Assembly (NCBI RefSeq): GCF_037042905.1
Contig: NC_087251.1
Span: 17,672,001 to 17,736,000, forward strand
From: Lytechinus pictus
Lineage: Eukaryota
DNA: 64,000 nt
Direction of reading: 5' to 3'
Both the position numbers and the translations under genes were made by a program. Positions 39,084 to 50,535 of this stretch are shown here, one piece after another. Below the pieces are notes generated by a model. That model was not told where the DNA came from and made no database searches. It was given only the letters and a program-made list of their open reading frames with translations. Numbering within the stretch: the first letter of the stretch is position 1; the number at the start of each line of letters is the position of its first letter.

Positions 39084-40182
39084 CTTGAACACCTTTAATC
39101 TCCACCAGTTAGTACATGCAGCTGTACACAATGTGCATCTGTGCAAGGAATATGAAGGAATTGAGATCAGTTTTATGAAGGAACTATCCATATCATGTCA
39201 GAAATACTGGGTTCACTACATATCAACCTGCTTGGAAGCAATAGGATATTTGTCAAATACAGGAACAAGGCCACGTTGGAAATGAGTAAGGTAAAGAGAG
39301 TACGGTAAAATCATCTATCAAGAACTGGATTGCAGAGGTGAAAGATAATGCTAAAAGTTTCTGGAAAGATGGTAAGAGCAAGTCCAAGTGTAAAGCTACT
39401 TTCCAGACCTAGTAAGACAAGCTTTTAATTCCTTCTTCAATAATATATTTCCTGTAGAAGATCTAAGTTCAATACCATGTTTTTACAAAAAGACTCAGAC
39501 AGGGCAGAGACCGAGTTCCGAAAACAAAACACAAAAGATATATTATCTGAGCTAAACATAAACCAATTTAATACGTGATTATAAATAATTAGTTAATATT
39601 TATAATTACAATTACGTATTAAATTTTAGTATTTGTGAAATAATAATTTTTATCTATAAATTGTTCTTCAAAACGGCATCGCTAGTCGGATGTACGTCAT
39701 AACAAAGCAGTTCAAGGGTCAGGCCTATTGTCTTTGGTTTGTTGACAAACGGATCTACGGGAGATCGGGTCTGGTAAGAAACGTCTCATTTTTACCATTT
39801 ATAGTGAAATAATTTTTATCCCTTTATACGCATTAGGCGCCTAAAGGTTCATAGATAAATAAAATTCTATCCTACAAACCGATTTCACCCTCTAGTCTAA
39901 GTTCTAACAATGGATTTCCTACGGAAATCCATCTTTGTGTACATGTGTCTCTTATGATATATGGCCGGCGGTTCAAGACTCCATGATGAAGAAGTATATG
40001 TCAAATATTAAAAAACATCATCATGGAGTCCTCAAGACTATGCTGGAACAGCCTTTCCTAATTTTCACCTGAACTTAAGACAGTGCCTAGCCCTAGGCAT
40101 ACGGTACTCCCAGTCACTGTGACTGGGTGTTGGTGATTTCTAGACCAAAAGCTTCGGTCTCTGTTATGTTGGTTGTTCAGCT

Positions 40183-41056
40183 TTTAGGAAATTGGCAAAG
40201 CCGATCTCCTAATATTTATATAAAAGTTAGGTCCTACCTTAATTCTTGCTCTCCAGAGGATAGAATGTGGTCCAGCCGCTCAGAATCTCAGGTAAATTGC
40301 ACAAATCCGTGAATAGAAATATATACACTTCACAATTTCAAATACAGTAGATAAAGGGACAGATGTCACAAAATGTCTCGCGAAGTAATGAGCTCATTAA
40401 ATATGCAGAGAATATAGACTTCGAATGAGTGGAAGTGACGGTAAGGAATAAGATTGGAAAATGCAGAGAAATAATTAAGTATAAGTTGATCCTCCACAAG
40501 ATTTGATTCAATCCTCACTAGCAGCTGGATGAGATGGTCAGCATGAGTGGACAGGACGAAGGCAGAGAGTAGAGTGATGATGTGGTAGAGAAAACAAGTT
40601 GTTTTTACCAACATCAGAAAAGATGAGACAAAGAAATAAGCGTCAAAAAGGGGTGGCAAAACGCAGTTGAAAAGAACAAAGAAGAGAGAGGTAGACTGTG
40701 AGAAAAGCAAACATGCAAGCATCTCTGTAGTGATGTTGTATACCTGCAAGTTCATTGCAATAAACAAGGGACAATGAAAGGATGTTTGCTCCAAGTCTAA
40801 GAACAAAAGAAAGGTTGTTTCTCAATATAAGAATGTGTTTGCCAAGTAGATTTGGACAGAAAATGAGTTGGCTTGCTCTGTGAATGTACAGTATTGTAGT
40901 ACATACACATGGCGTGAACAAGTGAGAATATATGAAATTGGAAATAAAAGAAAGAATTTATATACATATACAGAATGTTGAAATATAAATGAAAATATAT
41001 ACAAGGAAAGAATATATAGATGTAGATATATAAAAAGATATAGTCAAGTCACCACA
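40183..41056 (-). repeat. 3' LTR (874 bp)
   Basis: Direct repeat of 47110-47983; preceded on the minus strand by polypurine tract AGGGGGGAG (41069-41061). Confidence 0.95.
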
Positions 41057-42115
41057 GTAGCTCCCCCCTAGATTTGTACCGAATAGAAATGTAGTAACAA
41101 ATCGACAAGGGAAAGTAAAAGGGAACTTGGCTATATAAAACAAGAAAATAAAAGGAGTGGAAACATCAGTGAATTTTGAGAAATGTTTCAACCGTCTCCG
41201 AAAAATTGAACGTACTTGGCAGGAAACCTGACATGGCGACCAGAACGGGTCTTACGAATTTCGGGAGGCATATGCTTGTCATCAGGATCCCCTGCCAAGT
41301 CCGTGGATTTGGATTGTTGATGAACTTGGTCAGGTGGATCTTGACGATGAAATGAAGGAGCGATAGCCTCCTGCTCGATGAAAGCCGGTTTCAGTCTGTC
41401 GACACTGACATTTTCATGTTTACCATTATAATCGATGGTAAAATACTTGTCAGTGCGACGGATGACTCGGAAGGGTCCTCTGTATGGAGGTTGCAATGGC
41501 TTTGTAACAGCATCATCTCGTAGAAAGATGTGAGATGAAGAATCAGGGTTGGCACGTTTTAAACGGTGTGTTTTAAAACATGTTTTAAAACGCGTTTTAA
41601 AACACCCGTTTTTTTTACAAAAAAAACGTGTTTTAAAACACCTCATAGACTTGTGTGTTATAAATATTTATGGACGTGATTTTACATGAATATATTTTTT
41701 ATACTTTTTTTCTTAAGTGGTATATTATTTTCTTCTAACTAAATCTCTTTCTTACAACCACTCTTTTTCTCCTCTCTCTTTCCCCCCTTATTCTCCCCTT
41801 TTCCATTGCTTTGTCATGTTCCTTTCCTCCTGTTCAATTATGTAGATCAATCTATATATTCTCATTTTAACAAGCATTTGAGTGTTGTGCTCACTTTTAG
41901 ACAGGGAAAGAAACACTATTTAAAATAAGCTCAAATATGTAATAGTAGTACTTGAATGAAATGGAAGTGTTGCACAAGCACAATAATATTTTGCAAATAG
42001 ACAGTATAACTGACATTGTAACCTTGAGGTACACACGAAAGTAGGTGAAACTTTGCGCTTTGTAAAGATGAAGAAAAGTAGTTTAATTCAGAATAAGATA
42101 ATCAGCTAGCAAACC

Positions 42116-42666
42116 TTAAAGGACAAGTCCACCCCAAGAAAAAGGTATTATGCTGAAAGTTTCATCAAAATCGGATGTAAAATAATAAAGTGATGACATT
42201 TTTAAGTTTCGCTTAATTTCGCAAAACAGTTATATGCGCATCCTGGTTGGTATGCAAATGAGGGGACTGATGACATCACTCACTATTTATTTTGTATGTC
42301 GTTATTTTCTCATTGTCGTAATGTGAAATATATTTTTTTTCCTCCCTGAACATGAGTGGAACTACCATTGTTTTAACATTTTTTGGTTCAGTTATTAGTT
42401 GGTCATTATTATCAAATCTGTATAAATTGAAATATTTTATTGTTCAAACAATTAAAAAAACAAAAGAAATAGTGAGTGAGGGACATCATCAACTCCCTCA
42501 TTTGCACATCACTGAGTTGTTATAAATGTTTTGTGAAAAATAAGCGAAACTTTAAAATGTCATAACTTTCTTATTACATCCGATTTCGATGAAATTTTCA
42601 GCATTATGCTTGTATTTTCTCTACTGATTCAAATCAGCATTTTTCTGGGGTGGATTTGACCTTTAA
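42116..42666. mobile_element. TTAA-flanked (Kolobok-like) MITE nested in the hAT
   Basis: ttaa-AGGACAAGTCCACCCC...GGGGTGGATTTGACCT-ttaa; same family as 11105-11677, in the opposite orientation. Confidence 0.8.
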
Positions 42667-43119
42667 CCCTAACAATCCCAGGGGACTGTAATGGCCCCCT
42701 TAAAAATTTCTATGATAAATCCATAAGAACAGCAGGGCCACGCCATATTGTTCAAGACTATTTTTTGGATACATGCATGGATATGCGGTTATGATATTAC
42801 CATGGAGCTATCAACACATTGATAGCTCCATGATATTACACAAGTAAAGCCAATGCAAATTTTTCGCCAACATTTTATCTGTATCAATATTTGTACTTTT
42901 TGTTAATGATTGGAAAATAATTGCCAATAATTTCCATTAAAAAACGATAAAAAAACCCAAAAGTAACCACAAAACTGTACATAAGAAATTTTAAAAAAAA
43001 ACAGTTAAAACAAACATTGAAAAAAACAATTTGATTAAAATTCCTCAATTAAAGAAATAAGCAGTTCAAGGGCCTAATATTTATAGATTTAAACCCAAAC
43101 TTATATTTCATGCACTTGT

Positions 43120-43350
43120 GGGTACCCGGTAGGATGTGAAAGTCATTGTAGCTTGTCCAGTACTGTGTGCGCCTCACTAGCGACTGACTGGAATACTACC
43201 CAGGGAGTGGAGGATGTGCATACATTGTGTGCGGGAATGACTGATTGAATCCGATGACTGGGTTAATAATATATCTGTAAAGCGCTTAGACACGTCGTTC
43301 CAATGTATTAAGCACTACATAAAAGCGGACTATTATTATCATTATTATTA
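43120..43350 (+). mobile_element. SINE 3' portion with L2-type tail
   Basis: ctacccagggagtggag...tgtaaagcgcttag...aagcactacataaaa followed by (ATT)n; homologous to the minus-strand copy near 5010-5155. Confidence 0.65.
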
Positions 43351-46300
43351 CTTAAAATTTATATAATTGATACAAATGAAATAAAGCATATTGAATAAAT
43401 GAAATTAAGCTTTGAAAGCCTATAGTGTATAGATTATGTTGTTTTCTTACATAGTGCAACTTCTTCTCACCCCTATAGATTGATAAGACTAAAAAACCTG
43501 AGACTACATGTATGAGGAATAAACCTATAAAATGTCAACTTAATTTTTTGGCATTCAATTTCCTTGATTTAGTAATTTTGGGAAAAATATGAACTTTTCT
43601 GTTGAAAATTCAGTAACAAAAATTGTAGTCATCTCTTAATACTCCAAAAATGTAATTAAAACATCAAGAGCTTAAATCATATTGTATTAAGTGTATAATT
43701 TAATTGATTAACAGGAAAATTACATCGTTCGTTGGAAAAAAAACGTTTTAAAACGATTTAAAACGTTTTAAAACAATAAAAAACGTTTTATTTGTTTTTT
43801 TTAATAAAAAACGTTTTTTATTACAACCCTGTGAAGAATGCAGTTCAGGATGTACCTGTGTTCGAGTTTGCTGTTTTCGAGTAGGGGTGGGATGTAATTC
43901 CTGCATCATTCTCTTTAGTCTGTGGGCATAATTAGATGGGTCATCGGCAGCATCAATTTGTGAAGGAGCTACAAATTGTGCAGGTAGAGTGACAGTAGTC
44001 CCAAACACAAGTTCTGCTGCAGAGCATCCAATGTCCGCCTTGATTGCTGTGCGTATACCCAGCAAGACTAAAGGGAGTGACTCAGTCCAACGGACCTTGT
44101 TATGAGCCTTGAGAGAAGCTTTAAGTTGGCGGTGAAAACGCTCCACTAAACCATTTGCGGCAGGATGGTATGCTGTTGTGCGGATGCGTTTAGTGCCGAG
44201 GAGGTTGGTGAGTGCAAGGAAAAGTGCTGACTCAAATTGCCTACCTCTGTCAGTTGTGAGAGTAGTAGGTGCACCAAACACTGCTACCCATCTGGCCACA
44301 AATGCTCGTGCTACCGTCTCCGCAGTGATGTCGGGGATAGGGATAGCTTCTGGCCAGCTGGTGTAGCGATCAACACAAGTAAGAAGGTAATTGTTACCCT
44401 CTGATGAAGGAAGCGGGCCTACGAGGTCAATGTGCACATGAGAGAAGCGTGCATCAGGTGAAGTGAAAGTACCAAGTGGTGCTTTGGTGTGCCGATGTAC
44501 TTTACACTTTTGACACTCGAGGCATGTTTTGGCCCATTTTCTGACATCAGCGTTGATGCTAGGCCAAACAAAGCGCTCTGTAATGAGCTTTTGAGTAGCT
44601 CTGATTCCTGGATGAGAAAGTCCATGAAGGGAATCAAAGAGAGCTCTTCTATGTTTGACTGGTACCAAAGGCCTGGCAGTACCAGTTGATATATCGCACA
44701 GAATTGTAGTGCTAGAACCTGGGAGAACAATCGACTTGAGTTGAAGTGAGGAATCTTTCAACTCAGTTTCATCTTCCTGATCCTTTGCGATGGCCGCAAA
44801 GTCTATGATTGAGGAAGAATCAACTCTGTCGATATACAGACGAGAGAGGGCGTCTGCTGCTGTGTTCTCCTTACCTGAAATGTGCTGTATATCAGAAGTG
44901 AACTGAGAAATGAAATCGAGTTGTCGGATTTCACGTGGCGAATGCCTATCCGGTTTCGATTTGAGTGCATGGGTAAGAGGTTTGTGGTCAGTGTAGATAG
45001 TAAATGACCTACCTTCAAGAAGATGGCGAAAGTGCTTGATACCCAGATATGCTGCAAGCAACTCCCTACCGAATGTGCTGTATTTGGTTTCAGCTGGTTG
45101 TAACCTCTTAGAGAAGAAAGCCAGAGGTTGCCAAACTCCATCCACTTGTTGTTGGATGGCTCCCCCAACTCCTACGTCAGATGCGTCGACTAGTAGGCAC
45201 AAGGGAACATCAGTGCGAGGGTGCACAAGAACAGTCGAGTTAGCTAATCGATCTTTAGCATGATTGAAAGCAAGAAGCTCTTTCTTTCCAAGATCAATTG
45301 GCATGTTCTTTTTTGTTCTGTTTTTCAACAGATCAGTCAGTGGTTACAGCACCTCTGCACAATGAGGAATTAATCGTCTGTAGAAGTTGACCAATCCCAG
45401 GAATTCTCGAAGTTTGGTAAGCGACGTAGGTGCGGGAAAATCACGAATGATTTTCACTTTGTCGCTAAGAGGACGGATTCCGGTGTTGTCCACCGTATGT
45501 CCGAGGAAAGAAAGCGATGAAGCATCAAACTGACATTTTGAGGGATTGACAATGATGCCATACTCCTGCAGGCGATCAAATAGTTGACGGAGATGTGTCT
45601 CATGTTCATCTTGAGAGGAACTGGCTACCAGTATATCATCCAGATAAACATAGACAAATGGGAGGCCGCGAATGACGGTGTCCATCAATCGCTGGAATGT
45701 TTGCGCTGCATTCCTAAGGCCGAATGGCATTCGAACAAATTCGAATAAGCCGAATGGAGTGGTCACGGCAGTCTTGTGAATGTCGCTAGGCTCGACTGGG
45801 ATCTGATGATATGCCCTAACGAGATCAATTTTAGAAAAAATTGTCTTACCTGCAAGAGTTGAAGAGAAATCTTGCAAGTGTGGGATAGGGTATCGATCCG
45901 GGACTGTGCGAGCGTTGAGCAAACGATAATCACCACAAGGCCGCCAGTCCCCTGGCGTCTTCTTGGGAACCATGTGCAATGGACTTGACCAGTTGCTCTC
46001 AGATTGTCGGATAATGCCAAGTTCAAGCATGTGCTCAAACTCTGCCTGGGCAATTCTCTGACGATCTGGAGCAAGACGACGAGGGCGCGCTGCCGCGGGC
46101 GGGCCTCGAGTTGGGATGTGATGCGTGGTAGTATGTTTCACTTCTGAGTGCTTGTAAACCGGTCGTGTGATATCCGGATACTGACGGAGAATGGAGTGAA
46201 ATCGCTCCGATGTGTCATGTTGAACATACATCGGGCTAATAGTACCAGTATATGAACCACATCCCTGGACTGTAAGAGTGGTTTTGGTGTCTATCAATCG

Positions 46301-46635
46301 GCGGTGTTTGATATCCACCAACAGTCCAAATTGGTCAAGAAAATCGGCACCCAAAATCGGCGTAGGTATGTCTGTCACAACAAATATCCAGCGGAAAACA
46401 CGCCGTAAACCGAGATCAAGTGTGAAAGACTTTTGTCCGAAAGTCTTGATTGGTGATCGATTTACAGCCTGTAGTTGGATATTTGTCGCGTCAACCCTAG
46501 CCGGTTTTCCCAATTTTGAATGAGGGAAAATGCTCACCTCAGCACCTGTGTCGACGAGATAGCGTGTACCAGTGTACTTATCGTTGACAAAGAAAAGGCG
46601 ACTGGGTTGGGTGCTGCCAAGGGGGTTAGTCGCCG

Positions 46636-46929
46636 CTATTCCTTGGCGGGGTCGTTTCCCTGGGCCTGTCTTGCTGAGAAAGAGCAAGGACTAATGCACT
46701 TTTGAGCACTGCTCCCATGCTTCCAGTGATACCAGCACTGGGCACCTGCATGCTGTTTACAGTGATGCGGGCTGCGCGAAACCGACTTGCGCTGTCGACT
46801 ACGAGTCCATCTCTGGTTTTCCAGCATGGAGCAGGTTAATGCTTGAACCTGCATTGTGAGCTGGTCAACCTGAGCGGAGAGTTGGTCGATAGGAGAAAGG
46901 AAAGATTCAGGAGTATATAGAAGAAACAT
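46636..46929 (-). pseudogene. gag: Truncated gag (C-terminal CHCC knuckle region only)
   Basis: [18 protein letters not shown]. Only about 200 bp separate this from the PBS, so the capsid region is missing. Confidence 0.8.
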
Positions 46930-47090
46930 TAGGGATATTCATGTTGTAGGGTTAAGAAAAATTGAGGAGTAGAAAGGAAACAAAAAAATAGCGAAGTGAG
47001 AATAGCGAAGTGAGAGCTCGAGAGGAAGCAAAAATAGCGAAATGAGAGAGAAATGAATAGAAGGCGATTAAAGAAAATTAAGGTTTCAGG

Positions 47091-47108
47091 ATCACGTCGG
47101 GGTCACCA
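47091..47108 (-). promoter_or_regulatory. Primer binding site for tRNA-Trp
   Basis: Minus strand TGGTGACCCCGACGTGAT, 18 nt, the same sequence as the tRNA-Trp PBS of avian retroviruses; 1 nt from the LTR. Confidence 0.9.
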
Positions 47109-47109
47109 G

Positions 47110-47983
47110 TTTAGGAAATTGGCAAAGCCGATCTCCTAATATTTATATAAAAGTTAGGTCCTACCTTAATTCTTGCTCTCCAGAGGATAGAATGTGGTCC
47201 AGCCGCTCAGAATCTCAGGTAAATTGCACAAATCCGTGAATAGAAATATATACACTTCACAATTTCAAATACAGTAGATAAAGGGACAGATGTCACAAAA
47301 TGTCTCGCGAAGTAATGAGCTCATTAAATATGCAGAGAATATAGACTTCGAATGAGTGGAAGTGACGGTAAGGAATAAGATTGGAAAATGCAGAGAAATA
47401 ATTAAGTATAAGTTGATCCTCCACAAGATTTGATTCAATCCTCACTAGCAGCTGGATGAGATGGTCAGCATGAGTGGACAGGACGAAGGCAGAGAGTAGA
47501 GTGATGATGTGGTAGAGAAAACAAGTTGTTTTTACCAACATCAGAAAAGATGAGACAAAGAAATAAGCGTCAAAAAGGGGTGGCAAAACGCAGTTGAAAA
47601 GAACAAAGAAGAGAGAGGTAGACTGTGAGAAAAGCAAACATGCAAGCATCTCTGTAGTGATGTTGTATACCTGCAAGTTCATTGCAATAAACAAGGGACA
47701 ATGAAAGGATGTTTGCTCCAAGTCTAAGAACAAAAGAAAGGTTGTTTCTCAATATAAGAATGTGTTTGCCAAGTAGATTTGGACAGAAAATGAGTTGGCT
47801 TGCTCTGTGAATGTACAGTATTGTAGTACATACACATGGCGTGAACAAGTGAGAATATATGAAATTGGAAATAAAAGAAAGAATTTATATACATATACAG
47901 AATGTTGAAATATAAATGAAAATATATACAAGGAAAGAATATATAGATGTAGATATATAAAAAGATATAGTCAAGTCACCACA
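47110..47983 (-). repeat. 5' LTR (874 bp)
   Basis: Direct repeat of 40183-41056; minus-strand ends TGTGG...CCTAAA; adjacent to the PBS. Confidence 0.95.
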
Positions 47984-48557
47984 AGCTGAACTCCGTTTGC
48001 TTCACTCACCAAATACAGAGACCGAAGTTTTAGTGCAATCTGTACAGGGGACTCAATGGCCATATGTTTATGTGTATTAAGTTCGGATAAAACAGGGCAG
48101 TGAAGTTGCGCGACAGCCGAGGTAAGTCTCTGTTTTTGTTCCTTTTAACTTGATTTTCCCCGTTTTTTGGCAATTAATGCCAAGACTCAAGAGGGAATAT
48201 TAATTTGCATTTCGGTTGCGTTAATTTTCAAATGTTTGATTCATTAAAGACAAAAATTGAAGAGCCCCGACGGGGGATTTTACATTGTAAGTCCCCTAAT
48301 GGTGGCTGCACGATAGTGAGCCGTCTGTGAATGAGGAGAAAAAAATAAAATAAAAAAATGTTAAAAAACTCCTCGAAACAGACGGCTGCCAGCTGTCTAG
48401 GTGATTTCAATTTCAGTGTTGACAACCTTTTTGACTTTTTTGGTGTTGGTGTTAGAAATAGAACCTAGTAGTTAGTATGGTTGGAACTACCCCTATCGAC
48501 CACCTAATCTTCTAAGCATCGTATCTGCGAAAATATTCATCAATTTTACCCAGTTTT

Positions 48558-49004
48558 CAGTAGAGGCGCACGGCCAATATGGGAGACTCTCTCCAATAGG
48601 GGAGACAATCTCCCACATTGGAGACTTGCTTTGCAAAAGGACAAACGAAACAACACCAACAAAAGCATGATTTTTTCCACCCAAAATTTTGTCTCACTGA
48701 GGTCAGAAGCCCATTTGTTTTGTGTGTGATTGACAAAAAAAATCCTTATCAAAACAAAAGTAGACAGTGAATTTTTAAAGTAAACGGTGAAAAGGGGTAA
48801 TTTTTCATGAGGAATCTCCTTATCACATTTTTATTTGCCGCCAAGGTAATCCTTTTGCAGCAAATGTAAACAAAAGAAATTGGTCTCCAAAACTGGAGAC
48901 TGTCTCTGAAATTGGATACCCAAATTCTATACAAAAGTCTCTGATATTGGAGATAATCTCCCACATTGGAGACAGTCTCCAATATTGGCCGTGCGCCTCT
49001 ACTG
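48558..49004. mobile_element. MITE with 5-bp TSD
   Basis: TIR CAGTAGAGGCGCACGGCCAATAT / ATATTGGCCGTGCGCCTCTACTG; GTTTT on both flanks; internal TGGAGA repeats. Confidence 0.8.
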
Positions 49005-50388
49005 GTTTTCGTCTCATTTGTGCAGAAAATTGAGCAGATCAGATTCCCATGTTTCGCTCGGCAACTCCGATTCAATCCGTGTATATATCGTATTATCGAC
49101 GAACAACGAATACGACGATTTTACATTTGCACCCGTCTTTTGGAACCGACTACCCGCGGTACATTAAGTTTACGGCCGATTCTTGTTGCGGTGGCGAAAT
49201 ATTTTTACTCTTCCAAATCAGTTCTATGAATGATGTCAACATGCTTAATGATCGTCTCACTACTTCCACTGCGAGCTCCGGCACATGATTCGACGATTGA
49301 CGACGGATATTTGTTCTAGAGCCGTTTCCTATCAGATTTCTTGGTTTTTCAGCGGGGTTTGGGTCTGGTCAATACAATTTTGATTAATTCTACTAAATTT
49401 TTACTTTTTGTTGCTTCTTCTTTTCTCGTAAAATCGATTCTTACCATTTCTATGGACACTGCTTCTACTCTCCCGCGCGTATCGTTTGTAATACGCAATA
49501 ATTTTAACGCGCGCAAGGTGGTCGATATTATGGGCAGTGGTAGTCTCACCAGGCATAGGCTATAGTATAATTAGTATTTATCCTAATCCAATTTGGGCTT
49601 TTAACATAATTAACAGTAGGCCTAACACCAAAAAATAGTAACAGTGTCAGTAACACCAACGCCAACAACTCACCGGACTTGAATTTGAAATCACCCACTG
49701 CACTGTCCCATCCCATTCCCAGTCAAGTGTGTGGCCTGGCCCTGGCATTGGCAAATGCAGTGCGAGGCGGGCCCTGGGGCCTGGCCATGATGGGCGGCAT
49801 GGCATGGCCGTGGGGACGGGCATAACGGGGGTGGAAATAAAACTAAAGTAAAGCGACAGACACAGTCTAACACTAACACTAACAGTAACAACTTACTAAA
49901 TTAACGATTGAAATGAACGATGGTCTCATATTTCGGCATTATCGTGGTTTATGTAAATACATTTGTGTTACAGTGTTTATATATAATTTTATATAATTTT
50001 GCTGATTATTTTACTCTACTTATATCATATTAATTACCCTTGTATAAAATTTTGATAGGGGGTCTACATTTTACAAAAATACAAGCTTTGCTTTGCCTAG
50101 GCCCCTCCACTTTTTTCATTTCATTGCTACGTTTCAATCCTGTGTGTTATGCATTTTTCCAGTGTTAAAATGATTTATTATAAATGTACTTTGATGATTG
50201 TGGAATATGAATATATCAATAAATAAATAAATTTCGTCAGCGGTGGTGACATCTTTCCACTCCCATTGACTTTGTACACAACGAGCGCGCACACGTCACA
50301 CCGACACACACGAGATCGAGAAGAGAGGTGACAAATTTCACGATAAGGCCCATATTTCAATAAAATACCCGTCTATTCATTTGCTTAC

Positions 50389-50535
50389 CTGAACTAAAAA
50401 AAATGTAATGTTTCATGGGAGTCATGAAAGTCCTAAAATTATGATCCCCGATGACGATCAGACGCGGCACGGCAGCAGATCCAGTTTGCTCCATTCATTT
50501 GTGTACAAATCGTGAGTTCAAAAAAGGCGCAAGTT
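50389..50535 (-). promoter_or_regulatory. Candidate CENP-F promoter and non-coding first exon (CDE/CHR-like)
   Basis: Minus strand TTGCGC-CTTT-TTTGAA (50532-50517) in CpG-enriched sequence; donor CAG|GTAAGC at 50389/50388. Confidence 0.35.

Larger units (their letters stand above)
41544..43831. mobile_element. Non-autonomous hAT-like DNA transposon inserted in the Gypsy integrase
   Basis: TIR CAGGGTTG...CAACCCTG; 8-bp TSD TGAAGAAT (41536-41543, 43832-43839); subterminal AAAACG/CGTTTT repeats; removal restores the frame ELHSSSHIFL. Confidence 0.9.
41188..46660 (-). pseudogene. pol: Disrupted pol polyprotein (protease, RT, RNase H, integrase with GPF module)
   Basis: [10 protein letters not shown] (protease), YLDD (RT), VDASDVG/ELLA/TDHKPL (RNase H), H-H-C-C plus D,D,E (integrase), QPPYRGPF. 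In-frame TAA at 45346-45344; hAT insertion at 41544-43831. Confidence 0.93.
40183..47983 (-). mobile_element. Ty3/Gypsy LTR retrotransposon, CsRn1-like clade, defective
   Basis: Two 874-bp LTRs; 4-bp TSD AGCT (40179-40182, 47984-47987); tRNA-Trp PBS; PPT; PR-RT-RH-IN domain order; Gag C-x2-H-x9-C-x3-C motif. Confidence 0.95.

Noticed and set aside
40366..40806. 146-aa hydrophobic ORF duplicated at 47293-47733 (possible env or accessory gene)
   Set aside because: It lies inside the T-rich LTR, starts at a non-ATG codon and has no recognisable motif; the duplication only reflects LTR identity.
45344..45346. Programmed stop-codon readthrough between RT and RNase H
   Set aside because: Readthrough is not expected at this position in Gypsy pol; a CAA-to-TAA mutation is the simpler explanation.
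48115..48130. Strong plus-strand donor GAG|GTAAGT suggesting a divergent transcript
   Set aside because: No matching acceptor or plus-strand coding exon was found downstream; unsupported without RNA data.
49050..49556. Possible minus-strand coding remnant (MPGETTTAHNIDHLARVKII...; ATRIGRKLNVPR, faintly HTH-like)
   Set aside because: Stops occur in all frames and no family could be recognised; a translated search against transposase databases would be needed.
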